From assembly GCA_964623205.1 (NCBI GenBank), contig CAZUQX010000007.1:12665-76664 (forward strand): a stretch of 64,000 nucleotides of DNA, written 5' to 3'. This stretch comes from an uncultured Candidatus Bathyarchaeia archaeon. GTDB taxonomy: Archaea > Thermoproteota > Bathyarchaeia > Bathyarchaeales > Bathyarchaeaceae. The notes under the pieces are model-generated. The model had not been told where the DNA came from. It ran no database searches and worked only from the letters and a program-made list of their open reading frames with translations. This document shows, piece by piece, positions 35,619-44,082 of the stretch (position 1 is the first letter of the stretch; each line of letters begins with the position of its first letter). The position numbers and the translations under genes are program-made.

Positions 35619-38345
35619 TCATAGATTTCCTTCGATAATCCTTTGCTCTTTCTCGGTTATTCCATAAATCTTGTAAACCAGCTCGTCAATTTGGCAGTTA
35701 ATTTTGTCCATTTCCTTCTCAAGTCTAGCCCGTTCATCTGTCATTTTGTCACCAATTTGGTTTACACGAGCTTTGAGAGACAGCATCCTATTAACAAGTT
35801 GTATTAATGTTTGTTCAGATTCTTGAGCAACTTTTATCGGAAGTTCTTCCAGAAACTTAGTTCTATACCTCAAATAGCCTCCACCCATATGCATACCACC
35901 AAATAATACAAAATAAACAAAAGAAACCAGTTTTGAATTGAGCAAGCCGAGAATATATTCTAATGAAGTGTTTTCATTTTTCAATACCCCAAAATAAACT
36001 CCGCCTTGTGGTATTCTCTTCTCATAATCCATGGTAGCAGTTATTCTTAACGCATCTTCAGCGATGACAATTTTTCTTTTTAAACTGTTTACATACCTTT
36101 TTGATGTTGTGCTTATGACTTTTTTTAAGTTATTTTTTGTTATATAGCTGCCTTTGCTAATTGAACTGTATCTATCGAATTGATATTGTTTCAAAATTTC
36201 GAAATCATTAACAATGTTCTCTTCTAATGTTGTTGGTATTCTTAGCCCTTCAGAAATCTTAAGGTATTTTGATAATTTATCGCATTTTCTCAGTAATTTT
36301 ATAACAATGTCAAATTGTTCTTGGCTAATATTAATTGGGAAGATTTTTGAAGGCAAAACTTCCAAATCCCTTCGTGTTAGCCAATAATTTACAAAATTTT
36401 TATTTAAGAATTCATCACGTGTTGATACCGAACCGATATTAATCCTTTTTACATTTTTTCCCTTTGTAAGAAAAAGAAGAACTGGATAATTTGCAGCCTC
36501 TTTAAAAATATCTAAATGGCTAACACTTATAATTGTGCAATGGCTTGAATTCTTTACAATAATTTCCCTCAGTTTTTCAGCAGAACTGGCAGCACAAAAT
36601 TTGTTCGGCAAGATGAAGCCACATTTCCCACCTTCTTGCAACCACTTGAAAACGCTTTCAATAAACAAATAGTAGATGTCGTATTTTCCATAAGCTGAAC
36701 TAAAAACATCTTTCCAATATGTTTTTTCAACAATTTTTAGGTTATCTACTCTAACATACGGTGGATTTCCGATAACAACATCAAATCCTCCTTCTTTCAT
36801 TATGTCATCGAATTCATCTTCCCATCGAAAAGCTATGTTGCCTGCAATATTTTCATCGTCAATTATCGAGTTTCCCCGCCTGATGCTTTCTTCCAGTAAT
36901 GGTAATCTATGTCCCTTCTCAGCTATTTTGAGTAATAGATTGAGTTGTGCAATTTCAACTGCCTGTTTGTCTAAATCGACACCAAAAATATTGTCTTGGA
37001 GAATTTTTGCCTTTTTTGTAAATGGAATATCAATTTTTTGTTTGTCCAACTGAGTTTGACTATAATCCTTGATATTTTTCTTATAATATTCATCGAAAAT
37101 ATCGAATGCTTTAATCAGGAAGCTACCTGAGCCACAAGCAGGGTCTAATACTCTAATTTCTTCTACGTTGACTTTCTTTTTTTCCAGAATTTTGCCTAGA
37201 GTATTCCTAACGATGTAATCAACGATGTAGGTTGGAGTGTAGTAAATTCCCTGTTCTTTTCTATGTATCCCATTTTTGGTGACTCTTGCTCTTTTTGCAG
37301 TCTTTTTCAAAATGTGACTTAAGTATTGCTCATAGATGTTACCTAAAACGTCAGCATCGATTACTGAAAAATCGTAAGAAATAGAGAAATACTTCTCTTT
37401 TGTGAAATACAACCCCTTTATTATTTCAGATAATATTTCGTTATCAATTTCTAGTTGGTCACACAAATGTTTAGTAAATATCTTGCTGTCATAGTGTTCA
37501 TCAAAGTAACTGAAAATCTCTCTGAGACCTTTTACTAATTTTCCTCTGCCTCTGCTTCTCCATTCCCTTAATTTTGAAATCAAAAGTTTTTCTTCAAGCT
37601 CTTTGTCTTCACAATTTCGAATAAAAATAAGCCTGTCTAAGATTCTTTGAACTGACTCGTCCAACTCTTCTTTTGACAACTTTTCTTTTACGTTTAATTT
37701 CGTTATGCTCTTTGTGAGCATTCTTCTATATTTTGTAAAGTCCTCAAGAAGTTGCTCATCTATGGATGCTTTCTTAGTCTTTTTACTCCGTCTTTCTGCT
37801 GTTTCATCTAACAAACCTTTTTCGAAACTTTCTTTCGACAAAAGCCATAATTCATCAAATCTTTCAAGAAAATCGTCATACGTGATGGTTGTAAAATGGC
37901 TCTGTAAATAGTTAGCTGCCTTCCACTCAGCATTAAGAATTTTCACAGCTTCAAAATCTGTAAGAACTGCCCATGTGCAACCTTTATGCCATGCATAGCT
38001 GATTGCCTGCTCAAAATACTCTTCTTTATCCAAATCTGCTTTTAGTGACTTTGCTTCTAGGTAGAATTTTGGAATTCCATCAATTCTGAAACCATAATCC
38101 ACACGCTTTTTAGAAATTGTTTCTTCGGCAGTAACCTCTTTGGAATCTTGAAAATTCCAACCTAGTGCACGAAATAAAGGTTGAATGAAACCAATTTTAG
38201 TCATCTCTTCATTGTATTCTTTGACTCTATTTTCCTCTACAACTTTGTTGTATTTTTCTACAAGTTCTGCGATTTCGCTTCGAGCTTTTTCTTTGTCCAT
38301 TGTGGATACTAATTTTGTGGTTTCGATTATAACTTTTTGGGGCAT
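35619..38345 (-). CDS. Type IIG restriction endonuclease / N6-adenine DNA methyltransferase fusion (Eco57I-like)
   Basis: 908 aa. The N-terminal PD-ExK nuclease is of HsdR-N type (VDYGFRIDG..FYLEAKS). Methyltransferase motifs are VLDPACGSGSFL (motif I) and VVIGNPPYV (motif IV). The C-terminal specificity region ends in KIYGITEKEQRIIE. Confidence 0.85.
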   Translation of the reverse strand: MPQKVIIETTKLVSTMDKEKARSEIAELVEKYNKVVEENRVKEYNEEMTKIGFIQPLFRALGWNFQDSKEVTAEETISKKRVDYGFRIDGIPKFYLEAKSLKADLDKEEYFEQAISYAWHKGCTWAVLTDFEAVKILNAEWKAANYLQSHFTTITYDDFLERFDELWLLSKESFEKGLLDETAERRSKKTKKASIDEQLLEDFTKYRRMLTKSITKLNVKEKLSKEELDESVQRILDRLIFIRNCEDKELEEKLLISKLREWRSRGRGKLVKGLREIFSYFDEHYDSKIFTKHLCDQLEIDNEILSEIIKGLYFTKEKYFSISYDFSVIDADVLGNIYEQYLSHILKKTAKRARVTKNGIHRKEQGIYYTPTYIVDYIVRNTLGKILEKKKVNVEEIRVLDPACGSGSFLIKAFDIFDEYYKKNIKDYSQTQLDKQKIDIPFTKKAKILQDNIFGVDLDKQAVEIAQLNLLLKIAEKGHRLPLLEESIRRGNSIIDDENIAGNIAFRWEDEFDDIMKEGGFDVVIGNPPYVRVDNLKIVEKTYWKDVFSSAYGKYDIYYLFIESVFKWLQEGGKCGFILPNKFCAASSAEKLREIIVKNSSHCTIISVSHLDIFKEAANYPVLLFLTKGKNVKRINIGSVSTRDEFLNKNFVNYWLTRRDLEVLPSKIFPINISQEQFDIVIKLLRKCDKLSKYLKISEGLRIPTTLEENIVNDFEILKQYQFDRYSSISKGSYITKNNLKKVISTTSKRYVNSLKRKIVIAEDALRITATMDYEKRIPQGGVYFGVLKNENTSLEYILGLLNSKLVSFVYFVLFGGMHMGGGYLRYRTKFLEELPIKVAQESEQTLIQLVNRMLSLKARVNQIGDKMTDERARLEKEMDKINCQIDELVYKIYGITEKEQRIIEGNL

Positions 38346-38747
38346 CTTAGTTAGTCACTTATCTCCCCTACCTTTTTTCGTTGAATCTGATTCTGCATAG
38401 CTATTCCAAAAATCATCTTTTGTTGGAAAGCGGTTTCAAAAGTGTTATTAAGATGGTCAAGTGCGATTATTTTGGGGGTTGACTGAGGATACTGCCTTCT
38501 TAGGAAGTGCATATATCACACCAACTCAGTCATTTCCCCCATATGAATAAGCATTTTCTGTAAAAATTCTCTGATTCTTTCGGTGTCCAGAAAATCGTCC
38601 TTATGTAGGCTTATGTAAATATCCATTTTTTGTGACTTTTTAAGATTTTTAGCGGTTAATTTTGACGAAAAACAAAAAATATTGGTTTTTTAGGCTTTAT
38701 GGATAGTTTTATATGCTGTTTGACCCTAGTTTCTTGCGGTGTGATGT

Positions 38748-39003
38748 ATGCAAAAGAAAAATAAGGGCAAAATTAGCGGAGCGTTGAGGCTGGTTTTTTT
38801 GCTATCTAGCCTCAAAGTTACGTTTCAAAAATTTTGGAGGGTCAAAGCTGTCTAGTTTTTCACGGAAGCATTACAGAGCCATAGCTGAGATAATCCGAAA
38901 CGCTGAAACAAAATATCAGGTAGCTCAAGATTTAGCTGAGATGTTCGCAGCAGATAACTACCGATTCGACTACCAGAAATTCTTCAAGGCTTGCAATTTG
39001 TAG
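38748..39003 (+). pseudogene. Small ORF interrupted by a +1 frame change at a T7 run (frameshifted gene, slippery site or sequencing artefact)
   Basis: The ATG at 38748 opens MQKKNKGKISGALRLVF... The run at 38794-38800 is TTTTTTT. The +1 frame continues without any ATG/GTG/TTG start as ...SSFSRKHYRAIAEIIRNAETKYQVAQDLAEMFAADNYRFDYQKFFKACNL, ending at TAG 39001-39003. Confidence 0.3.
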
Positions 39004-39013
39004 AGGCTTAAAA

Positions 39014-39169
39014 ATGAAGATGCAGATTTTCAAATACAAAGTTAACCGTAGTATGAAAAAGTGTCTGCTAATCGGCATCGAAAAACCAAACAAAGTTGTT
39101 CTGGTTCACATAGGAAAAGTGTTCAAACCCTTAGACGCACAGCGAATAATAGAGCAATGCAAAAGGTGA
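39014..39169 (+). CDS. 51-aa hypothetical protein (below ORF-track cutoff)
   Basis: My own translation: MKMQIFKYKVNRSMKKCLLIGIEKPNKVVLVHIGKVFKPLDAQRIIEQCKR. It ends 4 nt before the TTG start of the ATPase ORF. Confidence 0.3.
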   Translation: MKMQIFKYKVNRSMKKCLLIGIEKPNKVVLVHIGKVFKPLDAQRIIEQCKR

Positions 39170-39173
39170 AAAG

Positions 39174-40448
39174 TTGGTTACGCCAACCAGAGAGCAAATT
39201 ATAGCTTATGCTTTAGAAAAGTGGCACATGGACGAAGCAAGAATGGGCAATCCAGCCTTCGACATTGAACCCGAACTGAGCGAACTGAAAGAAGAGGGTT
39301 ATTTGAGTCTCGCACAATCTGAACTGATGCGAAACCCAAATCTTGACGAATGGGACGCATATAATGAACGCCTAGATAATCTTCAGAAAACTTTGGAAAA
39401 AGAGCAACAAAACGATGTTAATACAAAAACGGTATTAGATGACATCCTCAATTTTGACGATTTGCTTTTGATTGCCAATAAGGGACAGGGAAAAACAAAC
39501 GCTTTGAAGGTCATAAGCTCAGAATTGCGAAAAATTCCAGATACTAGGGTAATAATCTTTGAGACCTTCCCCAAATTCTGCCTAGAATTCGAGGCTATTC
39601 CCTTCATTAAAATACATGATACCGATGTAACAGAAACAGGGCATACGGTAGACATAGAGAGCTACTTCTTGAGACATGAAAGAGACTACACAGTAAAGCG
39701 GGGACACGAAATAAGAGAAGCTCTAGGCAAGAATAGGGACTTAATCTTCACGCTAGAAATAACCGATATTGAAAGAATCGCATTTTTCGTTTACAGCATT
39801 GTTCAATATTTCTACCGTAGGGCATACCTTCGATTATACAAAGGCTATGAGAAAAGAGAAAAGGTAGTTTTCGTTATCGAAGAATCGCAAAATGTCTTTG
39901 ATTCTAGCACAATTTCAAAGAAGCTCTTCAACAGATTGCGGAAAATTTTCTCTGAAGCTAGAAACTTGGATTTGCATTTTATCATGTGCAGTCAACGACT
40001 CCAAGACCTCAACACCAAGATAAGGGGAAGAACTCGTTTAATGTTGGGAAATGTAAGCCTAGACGACTACGAATTGAAAGTTAGACGGTTGCTCAGAAAT
40101 AGCAAACACAAAACTGACATACTAAACTTTGAAAGGGGAACCTTTCTTTATTCAGCTACGGACAAAATAATCAAATTCCCATTATTTGAGACCACAGAGA
40201 AACCCTATGAACTAAACTACAAAGCCGAACCAAAACAAAAAATTGAACCACAAGAAGAGATTAGACACATGAAAAGGAAAAAGCCGAGCCGATGGCAAAA
40301 GCTGAAAGGCTTCCTAAAATTCTGGTCTTGGGGATACGATATTCCAGAGTATCCAAAAGGAAACAGAATCAAAGAAAACAGCTTTGAGGACGAGGACGAA
40401 GAAGACACAGCTTTTGGCGTTCCCATCGATATGTTAGAAGAAGACTAG
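39174..40448 (+). CDS. P-loop NTPase (FtsK/HerA- or plasmid/virus packaging-like ATPase), acidic C-terminal tail
   Basis: 424 aa. Walker A LLIANKGQGKTN, Walker B KVVFVIEESQNVF, then HFIMCSQRLQDL. The C-terminus is EDEDEEDTAFGVPIDMLEED. Confidence 0.55.
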   Translation: MVTPTREQIIAYALEKWHMDEARMGNPAFDIEPELSELKEEGYLSLAQSELMRNPNLDEWDAYNERLDNLQKTLEKEQQNDVNTKTVLDDILNFDDLLLIANKGQGKTNALKVISSELRKIPDTRVIIFETFPKFCLEFEAIPFIKIHDTDVTETGHTVDIESYFLRHERDYTVKRGHEIREALGKNRDLIFTLEITDIERIAFFVYSIVQYFYRRAYLRLYKGYEKREKVVFVIEESQNVFDSSTISKKLFNRLRKIFSEARNLDLHFIMCSQRLQDLNTKIRGRTRLMLGNVSLDDYELKVRRLLRNSKHKTDILNFERGTFLYSATDKIIKFPLFETTEKPYELNYKAEPKQKIEPQEEIRHMKRKKPSRWQKLKGFLKFWSWGYDIPEYPKGNRIKENSFEDEDEEDTAFGVPIDMLEED

Positions 40449-40498
40449 CTAGTTAATTCTTGGTATGTATTGGCGGTTCATAACTTTAAAGACACTGT

Positions 40499-40729
40499 AT
40501 GAGATTTGATAGTATTATGAAAGCCAAGAAGCAAACTTCAAATCCATTACTTACGCAAACAAATCAATGTTGTAAGGGTTTTCTTCAGAATCAGGTAAAC
40601 GTTCTACAAGCTATAAGAAACACACTAGAAGAATACACTAAGGAAGAAGTCATAAAACACATTGACCAAATACTGAATTATTACGAACAAAAAATTGAAG
40701 AACTCCCCAAACCAAAGTCAACGACCTGA
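40499..40729 (+). CDS. Hypothetical 76-aa protein
   Basis: ORF only; no recognisable motif. Confidence 0.3.
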   Translation: MRFDSIMKAKKQTSNPLLTQTNQCCKGFLQNQVNVLQAIRNTLEEYTKEEVIKHIDQILNYYEQKIEELPKPKSTT

Positions 40730-41311
40730 ACTTGCGTTTTGGATTAGAATAAAGAAAATAAGCGATACTCCGAGTTTAAATCAAAAGTTTTAGTGCCATC
40801 ACAAATAACTAAACAGTATCGCTTAATCATCTCACATATCCCCACCCTCTTTCATTTTTTTGATTTTTTGAAAGCCTATCTCTAAAAATTGGCAACATAC
40901 CCGAAAACCACAAGCTAACCATTAATCCAACATTAGAGGCATTTTAACTGAGAAATATTCTATAAAAATACTCTATAAGAAATCTAGAGGATTCGAACAA
41001 AATTCTCTTGAAAAATAGCTTGAGCCTTAATGCTTTCTCAAAGACTCTCCAAAAATCCTAGCTTTAATTATATCCTTATGTGAGCTTATGAGGGGGGGGC
41101 TTTTTGTTTGTGTCTCTCATTTTTTCTTAAAAGAAGCTGTATCCTGCCCTCTCTTTCATAAATTCTAGTTATGTTCCAAGTCAGTTAATCTTATTTTCCG
41201 TCAATCAAAACTAAGCTATGGCATAGAATAAACTACAACCAGATACACAGCCCTTTTTCTTTGTTCCATAACTAATTTTTTTATCATGTGCTGAAATTTT
41301 TATTGTTGAAT

Positions 41312-41341
41312 TAGTTGGATGTTGTTAGTAAGTTCCAACAA
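41312..41341 (+). repeat. Internal degenerate attP-like site (24/30 identical to the attP reconstructed from the island ends)
   Basis: TAGTTGGATG-TTGTTAGTAA-GTTCCAACAA compared with the predicted TAGTTGGATG-TTGTTGAAAA-CATCCAACTA. A core-like TTGTTGAA also sits at 41303-41310. Confidence 0.5.
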
Positions 41342-41557
41342 AAAGTTGGGTTTTTTATCCTGTGATGGGTTTAGTTAATCGTCATTTATTGTTAAAATTG
41401 ATAGATTTTTCGCATGTTTTGTAGCAATAATGCAACAATTTAATGAGAAAACACTCCCAGAACGTCCTGACCCCTTCTACTAACTGCATAAACAATACAC
41501 AAAACATAGTCTATCGGTTTCGGTTGGAGTAAAAAATATGTTCAAATTGGCTAGGGC

Positions 41558-41586
41558 ATATACATTGTCACGGTATATACATTGTC
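41558..41586 (+). promoter_or_regulatory. Tandem ATATACATTGTC repeats (17-bp period) about 100 bp upstream of the TIR-like gene
   Basis: 41558-41569 and 41575-41586 are identical 12-mers. They are followed by TTTGTAG repeats. Confidence 0.4.
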
Positions 41587-41683
41587 GTTTTTTTGTAGCG
41601 TTTCTTTGTAGTGTGTAGTTTATTGGTTTTCGTTAGGACAATAATCTTATGAATTGCATTGTCCCAATTGTAACTGATTCAGA

Positions 41684-42583
41684 ATGCCTTTCTATCACGT
41701 TAGGATAACCAAGAAAAGCAGAACAACAAACGACAGGCTTGCATTAGACCTCTCCAAAGATGAATTGATGGCGAGAATCGTTAATCCTTTCTTAGAAGGA
41801 AAAACATTCATGTGTGGTGGGGAGCCGATTGACCCTTTTGATGTTGCTGTAATTCACATCAATGAAACAGAAAGAAAATCTGCTGACCTAATTCCTGAAA
41901 TCAAAGCTGAGAGAGCAAGGTCTAGAGTTGCTGTGGCAATTTCTAATGAGTGGTATGTTACTAAGAAGGGGAAAGATGTGACTAGAGAGTTGATTACTCA
42001 TCCTCCAAAAAAGCAAGAAACTGTGAAAGTTACTGTTGAACTGAGTAAAAACGTGTTTATTGTTCATGGCAGAGACCATGAGCCAATGAAAGAGCTAAAA
42101 ACAATGCTCTTGGAATTTGGTCTCAACCCTATTGTTCTTCATGAACAACCAAGCGGAAGCAGAACAATTGTAGAAAAATTAGAGAAATATTCTGATGTTG
42201 GTTACGCTTTTGTGATTTTAACTCCAGAAGATGTTGGATGTTTGAAAAATAAAATTAGGGAAAAGATAAACTCAGTTCTTAAACTTACTGAAGACAAAAA
42301 ACCAAGGTCTTTGATAGCTGACATTCATTCTATAGGAGTAATACGTGCTTATATGCATGAAATGAATGCATATCTTAGTCCTAGAGCCCGTCAAAATGTT
42401 GTTTTGGAGTTTGGCTATTTCATGGGCTTGTTGAGTCGTGACCGAGTTTGTTGTTTGCTTAAAGGAGACGTAGAAAAGCCCTCAGACATGCACGGAATAG
42501 TATACGTTCCTTTCAAGGATTCTGTTGAAGAAAGACGCAGTATGATAATTAAGGAACTTAAAGAAGCTGGTTTTGAACTTTAA
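41684..42583 (+). CDS. TIR-like domain protein (Cap12/PycTIR-type predicted nucleotide-binding/NADase effector) with unknown about 120-aa N-terminal domain
   Basis: The C-terminal half reads NVFIVHGRDHEPMKELKTMLLEFGLNPIVLHEQ...YAFVILTPEDVG...ARQNVVLEFGYFMGLLSRDRVCCLLKGDVEKPSDMHGIVYV. This matches my memory of the TIR-like family pattern (fIvHG.d...a.vllTpDD...aRqNV.fElGyf...PSD..G..y). Confidence 0.65.
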   Translation: MPFYHVRITKKSRTTNDRLALDLSKDELMARIVNPFLEGKTFMCGGEPIDPFDVAVIHINETERKSADLIPEIKAERARSRVAVAISNEWYVTKKGKDVTRELITHPPKKQETVKVTVELSKNVFIVHGRDHEPMKELKTMLLEFGLNPIVLHEQPSGSRTIVEKLEKYSDVGYAFVILTPEDVGCLKNKIREKINSVLKLTEDKKPRSLIADIHSIGVIRAYMHEMNAYLSPRARQNVVLEFGYFMGLLSRDRVCCLLKGDVEKPSDMHGIVYVPFKDSVEERRSMIIKELKEAGFEL

Positions 42584-42589
42584 AAGTGA

Positions 42590-42871
42590 TTAGGCTTTTC
42601 CCCTTGAAATTAATCTTCTTGCTATGCCTATCGTGTTTAAGGCTACATTTTCCGTGCACAAAAATTCGTCCATGAAATCGTCTTTTACTTCTGCTATCAG
42701 TTCTTGAACCTGTTCTATTAGTATCCACTCTTCTGGGTCTGAGATGTTTTGCTTCTCGGAAATGATTCCATATTTGTTTTCGTATTCATCCATGAGTTTC
42801 AGGTAATTTTTTATTGTGCCCCTATGGTTCGCAAGTATCCATTCGATTTTTTTTCGTCTAGTCTGTGGCAT
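42590..42871 (-). CDS. Hypothetical 93-aa protein (last gene of a 3-gene minus-strand unit)
   Basis: ORF only. It starts 12 nt downstream of the 42884 gene. Confidence 0.4.
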   Translation of the reverse strand: MPQTRRKKIEWILANHRGTIKNYLKLMDEYENKYGIISEKQNISDPEEWILIEQVQELIAEVKDDFMDEFLCTENVALNTIGIARRLISRGKA

Positions 42872-42883
42872 ATCATTTTTTCC

Positions 42884-43234
42884 TCATGGTATTTTTGGCG
42901 ATAGTTGTTTTCTTAATTTGCATAACTTTTCAATTGTTTCTCGGTCATGTGTTCGGATTAGGCTCTTGTCTATGAGGGCAACTAAGCCATGTTTCAAAAT
43001 CTCTTCTAAGCTGTATGCGTCATAGAACTTTTTGATTTCATTTGCGTAAATGAGTGTTTCAGTTGAAATTCTGATTGATGTGCCCGATTTTTTGGCTAAC
43101 TTTAGCGGTTCTGTGGCGAACTCGACCTTTTCTGGTTTAACTAAATTCAAAGCTTCTAGCGGAATTTCCAGTTTGAGAGGAACTGACTTTTTGCCTTTCA
43201 GTCGCTTATCGTCAGGTTTTATCAGTTCTGTCAT
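42884..43234 (-). CDS. Hypothetical 116-aa protein
   Basis: Its start overlaps the stop of the upstream gene by 4 nt (43231-43234), which suggests translational coupling. Confidence 0.4.
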   Translation of the reverse strand: MTELIKPDDKRLKGKKSVPLKLEIPLEALNLVKPEKVEFATEPLKLAKKSGTSIRISTETLIYANEIKKFYDAYSLEEILKHGLVALIDKSLIRTHDRETIEKLCKLRKQLSPKIP

Positions 43235-44022
43235 GGTCTCAATCCTCTCTGAATGATTGTTGTTCCGCTTTTTGCTTCAATCAATGCATTGTAGGCTTTG
43301 ACTTCCTCAACATATTTTTTGAATTCTTTAAACAGTTTTTCTGCCTTTTGTATCGTTTTTTCGTTGTATGCTATTGTCTCCTTTTCTTCTTTGGTTATTC
43401 GCTTATTGTATTGCATAATTTTCTTATTTTGTTCCTCAACTTTTTTGAAAAATTGTTTCGCTTCTTTGATTGTTTTAAGAGTTTCAGATTTTTTGTTTTC
43501 AGTTTCTTCAACAAATTTGAGAACTTTTTTTAAAAGCTCTTTGACCTGTTTTTTTCGACTCTTCTCAAGAGCCAAAATCTTATCCTGTTTCTCTCTGACC
43601 CGTTGCATCCAATCATGAAAATTTTGGATTAGGTCTTTTCTTGTTTCAGCGTCCTTTCTGGTTTGTTCCAGCAAACAGTTCTGAAACACATCTACAAAGG
43701 TTTTGAAATTTTGTAATTGGTCTAAGTATTTGGCACGGATTTCCTCATTCAATTCTCTGGTTTCTTGTTCGTCTTCTGCGTGTTGTTGCCTTAAAGCATC
43801 AATTTCGTCCAAAATTATTGACTCAATATCTTCTAACTGTTCTTTCATGGTTTCCTGAAAACTTTTTTTCCGTAGGCTTCTCTGTCCAGCTAACCAACTT
43901 GAAGCCCTCCCCAAATCAACCTCTTCCGATTCGACTGATTCGTTTTCTTCTTCAATTTCTTCCGAATCGATTTCTTCGCTTTTCAATTTTTTTAGGTAAG
44001 CCTCCATCTTTTTGTTCGTCAA
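43231..44022 (-). CDS. 263-aa highly charged coiled-coil protein
   Basis: An acidic N-terminus (EEIDSEEIEEENESVESEE) is followed by E/K/Q-rich heptad-like sequence throughout. Confidence 0.5.
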   Translation of the reverse strand: MTNKKMEAYLKKLKSEEIDSEEIEEENESVESEEVDLGRASSWLAGQRSLRKKSFQETMKEQLEDIESIILDEIDALRQQHAEDEQETRELNEEIRAKYLDQLQNFKTFVDVFQNCLLEQTRKDAETRKDLIQNFHDWMQRVREKQDKILALEKSRKKQVKELLKKVLKFVEETENKKSETLKTIKEAKQFFKKVEEQNKKIMQYNKRITKEEKETIAYNEKTIQKAEKLFKEFKKYVEEVKAYNALIEAKSGTTIIQRGLRP

Positions 44023-44053
44023 ATTGAATTCCTCATTCTTTGCATGCAGTTTG

Positions 44054-44082
44054 TATACATATATTATACATAATTATACATA
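44054..44082. promoter_or_regulatory. Three direct TATACATA boxes at 11/10-bp spacing in a divergent promoter region
   Basis: The boxes are at 44054-44061, 44065-44072 and 44075-44082. CACGTGAT at 44227-44234 and the 10-bp palindrome ATCACGTGAT at 44268-44277 lie downstream. Confidence 0.4.

Noticed and set aside
41092-41099. A G8 homopolymer in the AT-rich non-coding region of the island, considered as a phase-variation tract.
   Set aside because: It is not within or immediately upstream of any ORF start, so no functional consequence can be inferred.
38560-41130. Apparent homology between two non-coding stretches: 38603-38621 TCCTTATGTAGGCTTATGT and 41073-41091 TCCTTATGTGAGCTTATGA. Weaker colinear matches are AAAATTCTCT and TCCA[G/A]AAAATC.
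   Set aside because: The core match is 17/19. A rough estimate gives tens of such near-matches by chance in a 64-kb window when both strands are considered, and more in AT-rich sequence. The colinear flanking matches are short. This is possibly real, but I could not support it without a proper alignment statistic.
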